Origin: an uncultured virus (IMG/VR IMGVR_UViG_3300005460_000001)
Lineage: Duplodnaviria > Heunggongvirae > Uroviricota > Caudoviricetes
Direction: 5' to 3' (one strand)
Length of the DNA stretch: 64,000 bases
IMG/VR virus record: IMGVR_UViG_3300005460_000001
Span: 1-64,000 of that record
Positions within the stretch are counted from its first letter, which is position 1. Each line of letters begins with the position of its first letter. The position numbers and the translations under genes are program-made. The notes beneath the pieces were generated by a model. That model searched no databases. It was not told the DNA's origin and saw only the letters and a program-made list of their open reading frames with translations. Below are positions 1 through 9,558 of the stretch, piece after piece.

Positions 1-29
1 GAGAAGCATATGATAGAGCTATAGATGAC

Positions 30-443
30 ATGCTTATTAAAAAGTCATCTACATATGCTCAATTATTTGGAAGTGTCGATGAGCTGATTTCACGGTTATA
101 CAACTCCGATGGCACTCTTAACAAATTATCGTTTGTTCAAACCGATATTTTGCACAATTGCGGTTCTATAGTATCGGTTATACGTGATAACGCAAATATA
201 AATAACAGCGAATTTGTCTATATAAGAATAAGCAGACATGATAAGTTTTTCGATTTAGTCATGAAAGCGGCAGGAGATGGTGAATTATTTGCTAATGCTA
301 GATATACGATTATTAGAAATAAATTGCCTGGTCAGAAGATGAATATCTTTTCTCGTATGTCGCTGATTACTTTTGATATTATTCTTCCAGACAAATACTG
401 TTGCGAATATGAAAAGGCTAGAATTTCAGAATTGAAAATTTGA
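30..443 (+). CDS. hypothetical protein (may start upstream of the window)
   Basis: 137-aa ORF; its stop overlaps the start of the next gene (TTGA). Confidence 0.65.
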   Translation: MLIKKSSTYAQLFGSVDELISRLYNSDGTLNKLSFVQTDILHNCGSIVSVIRDNANINNSEFVYIRISRHDKFFDLVMKAAGDGELFANARYTIIRNKLPGQKMNIFSRMSLITFDIILPDKYCCEYEKARISELKI

Positions 444-1189
444 AAGGATTGAATATTTTGAGTATAGAAAGTTTGTTAAGAAAGATCAATATGGATGAAG
501 CCGGAATAGATAATTCTCATTATATGTATAACAATAGATATCCGGTTCCTAGAGTGACAGAGATTTTATCTGCTATGATTCATGAAGATCATTTAATGAA
601 GTGGTCTAACTTCATAGGAAGAGTCAAGCATCAAAGATATGAAGATGTTTTAGAGCAAGCAGCAACCAAAGGAACATACGTTCATAACGGAATAGAAAAT
701 TTTCTTCAAAACTCCTGTGATTTGGATATTAGTTCTATACCTACTGGTTATCGTAATGAAGTTTCTTATGCTTATGGTTCATTTAAAAAATGGTGGGAAA
801 TAGTATCTCTTAAAAACTATAATATAGTTATGCAAGAACAAGCATTAGTGTGCCCTTGGTTTGGGGGCACACTAGACATTTTGATAGAAATATTTGGAAG
901 ATTATATCTTTTGGATTTCAAAACAAGTAATCATGCATCTTTTAAATATTTCTTGCAGCTATCAGCATATAAATATATGCTTAGAGAATTATATGGCATA
1001 GATATATATGGTTGTGGAATCATAAAACTTAGTAAAAAAGAAATAAGTTTTGAGGAATATATACTAGATCAATCTATGCCTGAGTATCCCGGATTTATCG
1101 GTTTGTGTGAAGAAACATTTTTATCGTTAACGTACTCATACATTAACAGAATACAAGTGGAAAATCAATATAGAAATATATTTTATTAA
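440..1189 (+). CDS. PD-(D/E)XK (Cas4/RecB-like) exonuclease
   Basis: PRVTEIL, GTYVH, GTLD..LLDFKTS and QLSAY motifs of phage PD-(D/E)XK nucleases; no Fe-S cysteine cluster. Confidence 0.8.
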   Translation: MKGLNILSIESLLRKINMDEAGIDNSHYMYNNRYPVPRVTEILSAMIHEDHLMKWSNFIGRVKHQRYEDVLEQAATKGTYVHNGIENFLQNSCDLDISSIPTGYRNEVSYAYGSFKKWWEIVSLKNYNIVMQEQALVCPWFGGTLDILIEIFGRLYLLDFKTSNHASFKYFLQLSAYKYMLRELYGIDIYGCGIIKLSKKEISFEEYILDQSMPEYPGFIGLCEETFLSLTYSYINRIQVENQYRNIFY

Positions 1190-1206
1190 ATACACAGGAG
1201 GAAAGA

Positions 1207-1797
1207 ATGTTGATTGAATTAGTTGGGGTTATGAAAGAAATAAAATATCTAAAAGATAACAAGATAAGATATTATGTGGCAAAGAAATATGTTCAGCATA
1301 GGCTTAAAAAGGATTTCTTTGATAAGTTTCATCTGGGAATCCATATAATGTATAGCATGATACAAGAATTGTTAGTGCTTGATTCAGATTTTGATCATAA
1401 TAAACAATATATATCTGGCATGATGAATGAAATACCAATGGTAAAGAGAGTATTGCCGCTTATATCTTATTATGGGTCAATTGAATTTGCCTTTAAGTAT
1501 TATAATTATGATTTAACAGTCTGTGCATCCGGTAAAGAGGGAGAACGTTGGCACATTCACATTAGTACACATGATAGTGATGAAAATTATATAACAATTT
1601 CATTGCATCCTACGCTAAAAAGATTAAATTTAGATAATACATTAAGACCAATAATCTTAATGTCTATATATAATTATTGTGTAGTCTATGTGTATGGAGA
1701 AGAATGCTTGGACAAATACAATAAATTATTGATGAAAGATAAAATATATCTTCTTAAAATAAGAGATATATTTAGAGAGGCAGGATATATATTATGA
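1207..1797 (+). CDS. hypothetical protein
   Basis: 196-aa ORF with AGGAGG RBS, coupled to the next gene by ATGA overlap. Confidence 0.8.
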   Translation: MLIELVGVMKEIKYLKDNKIRYYVAKKYVQHRLKKDFFDKFHLGIHIMYSMIQELLVLDSDFDHNKQYISGMMNEIPMVKRVLPLISYYGSIEFAFKYYNYDLTVCASGKEGERWHIHISTHDSDENYITISLHPTLKRLNLDNTLRPIILMSIYNYCVVYVYGEECLDKYNKLLMKDKIYLLKIRDIFREAGYIL

Positions 1798-2945
1798 TAC
1801 CTGGAATGGTATATGAGAATTATGATATTACACGTAAAGTAGTACGCGGCAATAAAGTTATTATAAGTATTGCTGATATACATTTCGGAAAGATAGACCC
1901 AAAGGTTCAGTATGAAATATTAGAAGAACAATTTCTTCAAAGGATAGAACAGTTACCGTTAGTAGATTTGATAGTAGTTGCTGGAGATTTATATGATAGG
2001 AAATTCATGGCAGATAGTAATCCCATAACTTATGCTACTTTATTTGTGGGAAGACTTATGGAGATTTCTAGAACAAAAAATGCGTCAGTAATATTATTGG
2101 CAGGTACAAAAAGTCATGATGCAGACCAGTTAAATGTGTTTTATCATTATCAAAATAATCCGTTTTATAAGGCCTATGTAATAGAAACTTTGAATATACT
2201 TCATATAGAAGGAATGTCTATATTATGCATACCGGAATTATATGGTGTAGATGAAAAAATATATGAATCCTATTTGTATCGAGACTATTATGACATGGCT
2301 ATAATGCATGGTACTATAAAAGGCGCTGTATATGGAGACAATGTAAAAGAGTCAAGATTGTTCACTATAAATGATTTTCAATATTGTTGTGGTCCGATTG
2401 TATCTGGTCATGTGCATACGGGAGGATGTTTTGATAGTGATTTTTATTATACTGGGTCTCCTATTAGAACTTCATTTGGGGAAGAAAATGCAAAGGGGTT
2501 TCTTATAACTCTATATAATCTTGATACCAGAAAGTATTATATGCATCTTGAGACTATACAGTCATTTAGATATGACACTATCAATATTGATGATATACTA
2601 TTGTCAGATCCTCAGGAGGTTATAGAGTATATCAATAACCTTAAGAAAAATAATGGAATTGATTATCTTCGTATTTGTATAGGTAGTGATTATCCTTCTG
2701 AAAAAATGGAACTTCTAAACCAATATTTTAGAAATAAGCAGGATATAAAGCTCAAAGTAGAAAGAGATAAAGTTCACGATAGGGCAATGAAAATACAAGA
2801 ATCAGAAATACAAAATAAATATGATTATGTATTCGACAAAACACTGACTGAATATGAAATTCTTGCTAGATATATAAATGATCAGGAGGGATATGAATTT
2901 ATAGATGGAGAAACACTAAAGAAAATAATATTGGAGGATATCTGA
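1794..2945 (+). CDS. sbcD: SbcD/Mre11-like metallophosphoesterase nuclease
   Basis: DIHFG, GDLYD, GTKSHD, MHG and GHVH calcineurin-like motifs; YTGSP..SFGE; SbcC partner at 45401. Confidence 0.85.
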   Translation: MIPGMVYENYDITRKVVRGNKVIISIADIHFGKIDPKVQYEILEEQFLQRIEQLPLVDLIVVAGDLYDRKFMADSNPITYATLFVGRLMEISRTKNASVILLAGTKSHDADQLNVFYHYQNNPFYKAYVIETLNILHIEGMSILCIPELYGVDEKIYESYLYRDYYDMAIMHGTIKGAVYGDNVKESRLFTINDFQYCCGPIVSGHVHTGGCFDSDFYYTGSPIRTSFGEENAKGFLITLYNLDTRKYYMHLETIQSFRYDTINIDDILLSDPQEVIEYINNLKKNNGIDYLRICIGSDYPSEKMELLNQYFRNKQDIKLKVERDKVHDRAMKIQESEIQNKYDYVFDKTLTEYEILARYINDQEGYEFIDGETLKKIILEDI

Positions 2946-2946
2946 T

Positions 2947-3201
2947 GTGGAAGTTAAATATATGATTAGATTAAATAATGGCGGTACCTATAATAGTAGT
3001 TTAGACCTATATAAAATAACAGAAGAGAGTAATAACTATTCTGTTATGATAAAAATAGCAATTGCTAGTAGGAATACCTCTAGCGTGAAAGATAATCCGT
3101 TGATTTCACGCGCTGTATGTTTTTATAAATCAGTTGGATCTAAATACGGGAATGTGTTATTCTATAGGACTCGTCTTATAGAAGCTAAAAAATATGTTTA
3201 A
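2947..3201 (+). CDS. hypothetical protein, possibly frameshifted (may continue to 3325)
   Basis: GGAGG RBS; an adjacent open frame after an A6 run ends in an ATGA overlap with the 3322 gene. Confidence 0.5.
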   Translation: MEVKYMIRLNNGGTYNSSLDLYKITEESNNYSVMIKIAIASRNTSSVKDNPLISRAVCFYKSVGSKYGNVLFYRTRLIEAKKYV

Positions 3202-3321
3202 CCAATATACCGTATTTATAACTCCAGAATTAGAAGATGCAAATGTCAATAAGTTAACCAAAGTCGATATTATAAATCTATTTAAAGATATTATTTATAA
3301 TGCTTATGAGGAGGTATATGA

Positions 3322-3801
3322 ATGAAAGCACCAGAATTTAATATAGTAAGTAAAGAGTTAGATGAGATATATTTATATCAGTTAACAAAAGACGATGATG
3401 GTTATTATTATAAATTAATAGGAGTAATACTGATAGATTATATGAAAGACCAGGATGAGGATACTCCTAATTCTGATATCATAAAGTATATCGTAGATGC
3501 CAGAAGTTTGTTTTTTGGTGCTAGAGTAGAAATAAATAAAAAAGAAATGATAACTGGAATACACAAGGGAGTATATTCTAATTGTACAAGTTATACTGCT
3601 GAGCAAATACTTTCTAAAATTATTGATGTAATTATTAATGGCGATAAGCCTATTACATTTACAAGCGATAATAAAATAATTTATTTAGTGAATGCCGAGT
3701 TTCTTGGATTATCATACGATGATGTGATAATGGCTAAGAAAAGAATATGCGAATATTGTGAAAATGCTATTTCCCTTTTAAATACAGTTTTCGAAGATTA
3801 A
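3322..3801 (+). CDS. hypothetical protein
   Basis: 159-aa ORF, GAGGAGG RBS. Confidence 0.8.
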   Translation: MKAPEFNIVSKELDEIYLYQLTKDDDGYYYKLIGVILIDYMKDQDEDTPNSDIIKYIVDARSLFFGARVEINKKEMITGIHKGVYSNCTSYTAEQILSKIIDVIINGDKPITFTSDNKIIYLVNAEFLGLSYDDVIMAKKRICEYCENAISLLNTVFED

Positions 3802-3814
3802 AGGAGGAATAAAG

Positions 3815-4621
3815 ATGAAAATTCCAAAAATTTTAATAGATGTAAAAGATAAATATATACTCATGTATGAGTTTAATAAAGAAGAAAGTTCTGATTTTAT
3901 TTTAGTATATAATTTGAAAACGTTTACAGTCGCAAGCGGATTCAGATTAGATATCGAATTGCCAGAACAAAAGGTATTAAAACGTACTGAATTAAACGAT
4001 TATAGAGATGATACCATAAATGGTGTGATTAATTTATCCGGTTTGATGTGGGAAGAACTTTATCAGATAGCTTACACTAGATTCATCGAGCATCATATAA
4101 TAACAGATGCTAATGGGAAAGTTGAAGAATATGTATTAGAGGATTTGAAAACCCAATTTAAAATAAAGGTTGAAGACCCAGCAAGCTATAATATTTTAAT
4201 AGATATTATTGATAAGAATTATACATCGGCTATTAATAATAGGGCTATAGTTTCTCAAGTTGGAAACATCAAGAAACTACTGAATTCCGATCTTCAATTT
4301 TCAGTGAATAAATCAGTTATAAGTACTATGAGTAGTGTGTTAGATATGTATACTGCTATGCTGGAGCATAACGAAATCATTATTAATGAAAGTAATGTAA
4401 AATTGTTTGAAGATGATAATACTAGTATATCACTACCGGTATTTGCTGAACAATTAAGAATATTACTAACTTTAGAAATGGATGCTATTATGTCTATTGA
4501 AACCGAAGATGGAGAGGACGAAAGGATTTTAACAAGTATTATAAATATACTAATGTCAGTTCATTCTTATGCATTCAATATTTTAGTAACTGCTATCATA
4601 GGAAACGTCGAGCAAGGCTAA
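3815..4621 (+). CDS. hypothetical protein
   Basis: 268-aa ORF, AAGGAGG RBS; N-terminus resembles that of the 3322 ORF (MKxPxxxI...IxxY). Confidence 0.8.
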   Translation: MKIPKILIDVKDKYILMYEFNKEESSDFILVYNLKTFTVASGFRLDIELPEQKVLKRTELNDYRDDTINGVINLSGLMWEELYQIAYTRFIEHHIITDANGKVEEYVLEDLKTQFKIKVEDPASYNILIDIIDKNYTSAINNRAIVSQVGNIKKLLNSDLQFSVNKSVISTMSSVLDMYTAMLEHNEIIINESNVKLFEDDNTSISLPVFAEQLRILLTLEMDAIMSIETEDGEDERILTSIINILMSVHSYAFNILVTAIIGNVEQG

Positions 4622-4642
4622 CCGGCCTTGCTCTTTATTATT
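4610..4642 (+). terminator. intrinsic terminator
   Basis: GAGCAAGGC-taaccg-GCCTTGCTC stem followed by a T-rich tract. Confidence 0.7.
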
Positions 4643-4709
4643 GTCGCAATTGTGCCTATATAGGTAAGTATACGATAACTATATAGATATGAATAGTAAA
4701 TATGCCCAC

Positions 4710-4721
4710 AACATTTTTATA
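4710..4721 (+). promoter_or_regulatory. AACA-N6-TA putative phage-RNAP (late/middle) promoter
   Basis: AACAtttttaTA upstream of dnaB; same spacing found at about 10 intergenic sites. Confidence 0.55.
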
Positions 4722-4757
4722 AAAAATGAAAGATAAGTTATTAAGGAGACTAGATAT

Positions 4758-6599
4758 ATGGTTATTAAAGATAGAGTTAAAAAACCTGGGCATGGTAAAA
4801 CTTTTATAAAAAATAAAACCATTAGAAAACTTCCTATAAATTTTGATATAGAAAGTTTAAATCTTATGTGTACTTACGTTCTTACTAATAATAGGAGTAT
4901 TAAGCGTGGTGCATATATAAATATGAGAAATCTAATTGAGCTTCTTGATTTAGATAGATATATTCACGACCAAGAAAGATATAAGAGAATATTATTTATC
5001 AAAAAGGGCATAGAGGCTAGATTAGAAAGACAACTTACTGACCCTGTAGCTATCATTAAATATATTAATGGTGGATTCATGGAGAGTGATATTGTAGACA
5101 TTAATAATTTCATAGAAATGTCTACTGGAGAAATAGAATGGATAAACGAAACTGTAAGTAACACATTATCTTGCTCGTTTTTATATGAGAGGGCAGAAGA
5201 GGGAATTGATATCTTAACGAGGCTATTGGCAGCAGAAGCATCAAATATAAATTCCGTATTCATAGAGGCGAAGGAATATTTTAGGGATATTAATAATAGA
5301 TTTAGGAAAAATGATAGTGTTAATTCAACTGAGAAAACCTTTAACCTCGGAGAGGAGAGTTTTAAGAGCGTATTAGCTGATGTTTATGACACATTGAATA
5401 GTAAGTTTAGATATCTTGTAACTGGTATGCAAGGATTTAATCAACTTATCGGAGGAGGATTTGAAAATACAAGATGCTATTTATTATTCGGTCTTACTGG
5501 AGTTGGTAAATCTTTATCTATGCTGAATATAGCATATCAGATGAAGAAGTATAATAAAGGATTCAAACCCAAGGACCCAACAAAACGCCCATGTATAGTG
5601 TTTCTTACTATGGAAAACGATGTTACCGAAACAATCCAAAGATTATTTACTATAGCAACTGGAGAAGATATTAGAAATCACACTCTCGAAGAAGTAGAAA
5701 TGCTTCTCAGAACGCAAGGAGAACTTTACCTTAGTGATGATTCACCAATAGATTTGATAATTAAGTATAAACCAAATAGGTCTGTTGATACCGGATATCT
5801 TTATACATTAGTAGAAGATTTAGAGGATGAGGGTTATGAAACTATATGCTTATTCCAAGATCATGTAAAAAGAATTAGATCAGTAGCAGGGAATACCGAT
5901 TTAAGACTTGAGCTCGGTGATGTAGTGAATGAGATGAAAACGTTTGCTATTCTTAAGGATATTCCTGTAATAACTGACTCACATTTGAACAGGGAAGGGG
6001 CCAAAATTATAGATGAAAAATCTACAAGAGCTACAATGGATTTGACTAGAATGCTTGGAAAGTCTAATGTAGGAGAATCTTTATTGATGCTTGATAATGT
6101 AGATTTAGGTATAATTCTCAATAAGGAATTTGATGCCGAAGGCAATGAGTATATGGCATTTAAGAATATTAAGCAAAGAGTAAGGACTTATAGAGATTAT
6201 ATCTGCCAACCGTTCCATAAAGATAATTCTATTAAATTAATAGAAGATTTCTATAGCCCAGTTCCAGTATTTAAGGAAAGTTTATATACTGTAGAATCCA
6301 CATTAAATACATCTTATCATAATGATAAAGTCAAGACAAATGGGTATTCTACGAATATTAAATCCATTGATGACGGCGAGGATAATATATTTGAATTCTC
6401 CACTGTATATTCATCAGAAGACGTAAAGAAGATGCAAGAGCAACTTACAATACCAGAAACTAATCAAAGTTCTAACTTAATTGATTATACCAATCCTTAC
6501 ATGCAACAAAATATCCAAATGCCGCTGCAACCTATGCAGATTATGTATAATCCGCAGTTAGATGAGGTCGAATTGATAAGAGGTATGATATATGAATAA
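4758..6599 (+). CDS. dnaB: DnaB-like replicative helicase
   Basis: LVTGMQGFNQLIGGGF, Walker A GLTGVGKS, FLTMEN, QDHV and SHLNR motifs of SF4 helicases; Q-rich tail ending in RGMIYE. Confidence 0.85.
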   Translation: MVIKDRVKKPGHGKTFIKNKTIRKLPINFDIESLNLMCTYVLTNNRSIKRGAYINMRNLIELLDLDRYIHDQERYKRILFIKKGIEARLERQLTDPVAIIKYINGGFMESDIVDINNFIEMSTGEIEWINETVSNTLSCSFLYERAEEGIDILTRLLAAEASNINSVFIEAKEYFRDINNRFRKNDSVNSTEKTFNLGEESFKSVLADVYDTLNSKFRYLVTGMQGFNQLIGGGFENTRCYLLFGLTGVGKSLSMLNIAYQMKKYNKGFKPKDPTKRPCIVFLTMENDVTETIQRLFTIATGEDIRNHTLEEVEMLLRTQGELYLSDDSPIDLIIKYKPNRSVDTGYLYTLVEDLEDEGYETICLFQDHVKRIRSVAGNTDLRLELGDVVNEMKTFAILKDIPVITDSHLNREGAKIIDEKSTRATMDLTRMLGKSNVGESLLMLDNVDLGIILNKEFDAEGNEYMAFKNIKQRVRTYRDYICQPFHKDNSIKLIEDFYSPVPVFKESLYTVESTLNTSYHNDKVKTNGYSTNIKSIDDGEDNIFEFSTVYSSEDVKKMQEQLTIPETNQSSNLIDYTNPYMQQNIQMPLQPMQIMYNPQLDEVELIRGMIYE

Positions 6600-6837
6600 G
6601 CCAATTGAATTATCATCATTAAAAGAGACTTTTGGGTATTCAGACGATGAGATGAAAATTGTTAATGAAATACTTGAAGGAATTTTTAATGATGATGAAT
6701 ATATAAAATTAAAGTATTGTTTCGCTGAAAATGGTAATATGAGCATTTTTAGAATTAAAATGAAAAATGATATTTTAGTTATAACTCATTTTGGAGGTGC
6801 TGATAAATTATATTTCACAAGAGAATTTTATACCTAA
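6592..6837 (+). CDS. hypothetical protein
   Basis: 81-aa ORF overlapping the dnaB stop; GAGGT RBS. Confidence 0.7.
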   Translation: MNKPIELSSLKETFGYSDDEMKIVNEILEGIFNDDEYIKLKYCFAENGNMSIFRIKMKNDILVITHFGGADKLYFTREFYT

Positions 6838-6869
6838 TTATATATTATATATTAGAGGAGGAGTGCTAA

Positions 6870-7028
6870 ATGGATAATAAAGCTTTTGTAATAGATTCAG
6901 CTCCATTAAATAAAACCAATATCATTGAGCTGGATAGTAAAACAATGGATTTGGTAATGGGAATAAAAATATTATTAAATCTGAGAAAATCTAATGAGAA
7001 AAGGAGGATGACAAATGCTAATAGATAA
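6870..7028 (+). CDS. small hypothetical protein (52 aa, not in the ORF track)
   Basis: GAGGAGGAG RBS, ATG at 6870, MDNKAFVIDSAPL...NANR*; preceded by TATATTAT. Confidence 0.6.
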   Translation: MDNKAFVIDSAPLNKTNIIELDSKTMDLVMGIKILLNLRKSNEKRRMTNANR

Positions 7029-7569
7029 TTATAGGATTCTCAAATATGTTTCGCATAATGGGTCCTATACGGAATTGGCAAAAGGAACAATTGATTACAA
7101 TTATTTTGAAACGGAAGATGTTACTACCGAAAGACAAATTCTCGATGGTGTGGGCATCATGATAAGAGACTTATCGGGGATTAATCTTGAGGAAAGTCCG
7201 GGTAATTATATATTAGAGTTATCAGATAATGATAATAATAGCATGCATATTATGCTGCTAATCAAACCGGGATTTATAGGACGTAGGCTGATCAAGCCAA
7301 GCAAAATTCTCGATAGTATCAGCCACAATGATATTCTTATTAATATGATTCTTGGCCAACCTATTAGTAAAGAATTTGTGAATAAATGCAATGTGTTAGA
7401 GGCTACACGGGGCACTAATAGGTATCTAAAATATAAGAGGCTCTTTATGGAAAACGAATTAGGTGAGTATATATGGAAGAATACCACAGAAAACAAGATA
7501 GCAAAAAGTGTTCTTGAAAAATATACCACTACTGCATTAGAGGAGCTATATGAAGACTTACAGAATTAA
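7015..7569 (+). CDS. hypothetical protein
   Basis: 184-aa ORF, AAGGAGG RBS. Confidence 0.8.
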   Translation: MLIDNYRILKYVSHNGSYTELAKGTIDYNYFETEDVTTERQILDGVGIMIRDLSGINLEESPGNYILELSDNDNNSMHIMLLIKPGFIGRRLIKPSKILDSISHNDILINMILGQPISKEFVNKCNVLEATRGTNRYLKYKRLFMENELGEYIWKNTTENKIAKSVLEKYTTTALEELYEDLQN

Positions 7570-7573
7570 ATTT

Positions 7574-7608
7574 AGGGTAGACTCAAGAGAGTCTACCCTT
7601 TATTTTCT
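7574..7608. terminator. bidirectional intrinsic terminator between convergent genes
   Basis: AGGGTAGACTC-aaga-GAGTCTACCCT stem with a T tract. Confidence 0.7.
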
Positions 7609-8057
7609 ACGTATCCTACATTCGTTCTATTAAGATTTATATATTTAGATTCTGCATTATATACTGCTTCAAGAAATTCTAATAGTTTTTCTTTAGTCAA
7701 AATCTTGATAGTCTGCTTATCAAAATCCTTTATATCGCAAGTACCATTTAAAAATAGCAAAACAAAATATAATTCTGTAGAGCCATATAAGTCAAATGAT
7801 AATAACTTAGGCTTGTATTTGTACTTATGCCATTCAGATAATGACATTTCTACTGAGAATGATAGGGTCTTTAATTCGTCCTCGTATTCATACAGCACAT
7901 TATTCTGTGCAATATAGATTATAAAGTCTGGGTTTATGGACGGTATGGGATTAGCCAATATTGTATATTGGTTGTAATCAATATCCTGAGTGGATCTTCC
8001 TAATTCTATGAAATCAGATATAGTATAAGTGTGTTCTACTTTATGAGTCGATAGCAT
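7593..8057 (-). CDS. putative baseplate wedge protein (T4 gp53-like)
   Basis: YKPKLLSFDLYGSTELYFVLLFLNG resembles the gp53/LysM-like 'PDxxSxxLYGxxxLxWxxLxxN' pattern. Confidence 0.5.
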   Translation of the reverse strand: MLSTHKVEHTYTISDFIELGRSTQDIDYNQYTILANPIPSINPDFIIYIAQNNVLYEYEDELKTLSFSVEMSLSEWHKYKYKPKLLSFDLYGSTELYFVLLFLNGTCDIKDFDKQTIKILTKEKLLEFLEAVYNAESKYINLNRTNVGYVENKG

Positions 8058-8394
8058 CGTAATACCTCCCCAATATATATGGTTTGTTGGGATCTCCGCT
8101 TATGAATGTAATTACAAAGATATCTCCCTTCTTACACTCATTATCTGAATGTGGTAGCTTAAGGGATAGGTAGTTCGATTCTGTGCATTTACCTATATTC
8201 ATACTCGAAGTATCATTTATTATATTTTTAGTATCTATAGTTAAATCGGTTACGTCATAAGGCTCATCCGAATCTAATAGCGGTGTAAGTACTGGTATAA
8301 AAAATTTTGCTATTCCATCTTTAGAATCTTCTAAACAAATAGCAAATTCTGGAAACTTTAATTCTAGGTTTTGATAGAATTCAAAATCTTTCAA
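8041..8394 (-). CDS. putative baseplate hub/spike OB-fold protein (gp5/VgrG N-terminal-like)
   Basis: KGDIFVITFISGDPNKPYILG motif; likely TTG start at 8394 after GGAGG (the track's longer start overlaps the next gene). Confidence 0.5.
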   Translation of the reverse strand: MKDFEFYQNLELKFPEFAICLEDSKDGIAKFFIPVLTPLLDSDEPYDVTDLTIDTKNIINDTSSMNIGKCTESNYLSLKLPHSDNECKKGDIFVITFISGDPNKPYILGRYYDAIDS

Positions 8395-8454
8395 TAATAA
8401 CACCTCCGGCAACTTTATATTAACCGAATGTTGCCGAAATAAAGGAGTGATGAA

Positions 8455-8958
8455 ATGAAACTTAAAAGTGTAAATCATATGTATAATGTATTAATAAATT
8501 GTCTCGATATGAAGATAATAAATATAACAGTTTGTGACCAAGAGTCTAGCCTTCCTATAGAGTTTAACGATAAAAGATTAAAGATAAATAATGATGGTCA
8601 TACTCTAGTCCACAGAGGAGAAATGGAGTTTAAACCATTACTTAATTTTAAGCAAGCTCATCAGTTGTTTTCTATCGCTTTACAACATGCGGCAGAAGAT
8701 GACGGTTTATATGTGCAAATATTTTATGATAGAAAATGCGAAGATAATTTACATTCTTTTGTAGAGATGAAGACAAATACTGGTCTTATTAAATCTAGAC
8801 CTTTTTATAATGTAAATTTATGCTATATTGATTTAATTTTCACTCTTTCTGGTATGCTTATTGATAACTTAGATCAATTTGACACCGAGCCATTGCCGGA
8901 AGGGGAAGAACCTAAAAAGAAAAGAATACCAAGATTTCCGTTAAAAGATTTATTATAG
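8455..8958 (+). CDS. hypothetical protein
   Basis: 167-aa ORF, AAGGAG RBS. Confidence 0.75.
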   Translation: MKLKSVNHMYNVLINCLDMKIINITVCDQESSLPIEFNDKRLKINNDGHTLVHRGEMEFKPLLNFKQAHQLFSIALQHAAEDDGLYVQIFYDRKCEDNLHSFVEMKTNTGLIKSRPFYNVNLCYIDLIFTLSGMLIDNLDQFDTEPLPEGEEPKKKRIPRFPLKDLL

Positions 8959-8972
8959 GAGGCGTAAACTAA

Positions 8973-9488
8973 ATGGATAATAAAATTCGAGTAAAAATAA
9001 TACCAATTTATGGAAATATTGAAAAACTATTGGATATCGATTTTGATATTTTTAAATCAAGTGTATTAGATAGAAGTTTGATTAGAATGGATGTTATAGG
9101 AGGAGATAGTCAAATGGAAAAAATTTTTATGCAAGTATATAAATTAATAAGTGAAGAACAGAAACAGGCTATAGAAATTATAATAGAGCAAAGATTAAAT
9201 CAATTGTCTAATCTTAGAAAGTCTCATTATTTAAATGATAAATATGAGGAGATTCATACTTCTTCTCCTGACGACATACAAAATATATGTAAAACATGTA
9301 ACTATAAATCTGGTTGTGATTATTATCATAGACTCAGAGATAACAAAAATGGGGAAATGATGTGTTACAATAATAGCTTCAGAAAAGAATGTAAGATGCA
9401 GATATCCGAATTCGTAGATACGGTGCCAAGAGATAAATTAGAATATTTGATGGATGTCATTGATAGTATGCATAAATTGATAGATTAA
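8973..9488 (+). CDS. hypothetical protein with Cys cluster (CxxC...C)
   Basis: 171-aa ORF, AGGAGG RBS. Confidence 0.75.
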   Translation: MDNKIRVKIIPIYGNIEKLLDIDFDIFKSSVLDRSLIRMDVIGGDSQMEKIFMQVYKLISEEQKQAIEIIIEQRLNQLSNLRKSHYLNDKYEEIHTSSPDDIQNICKTCNYKSGCDYYHRLRDNKNGEMMCYNNSFRKECKMQISEFVDTVPRDKLEYLMDVIDSMHKLID

Positions 9489-9558
9489 TTATATGGAACG
9501 CCGCTCCAATTCGGAGCGGCGATGTTTTATTTTTTATTAAAGGGAGTATTTTAATTTT

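Noticed and set aside
440..1189. Cas4 as a spacer-acquisition enzyme for the arrays
   Set aside because: It has no Fe-S cysteines and lies 16 kb away. Solo PD-(D/E)XK nucleases are routine in phage replication modules.
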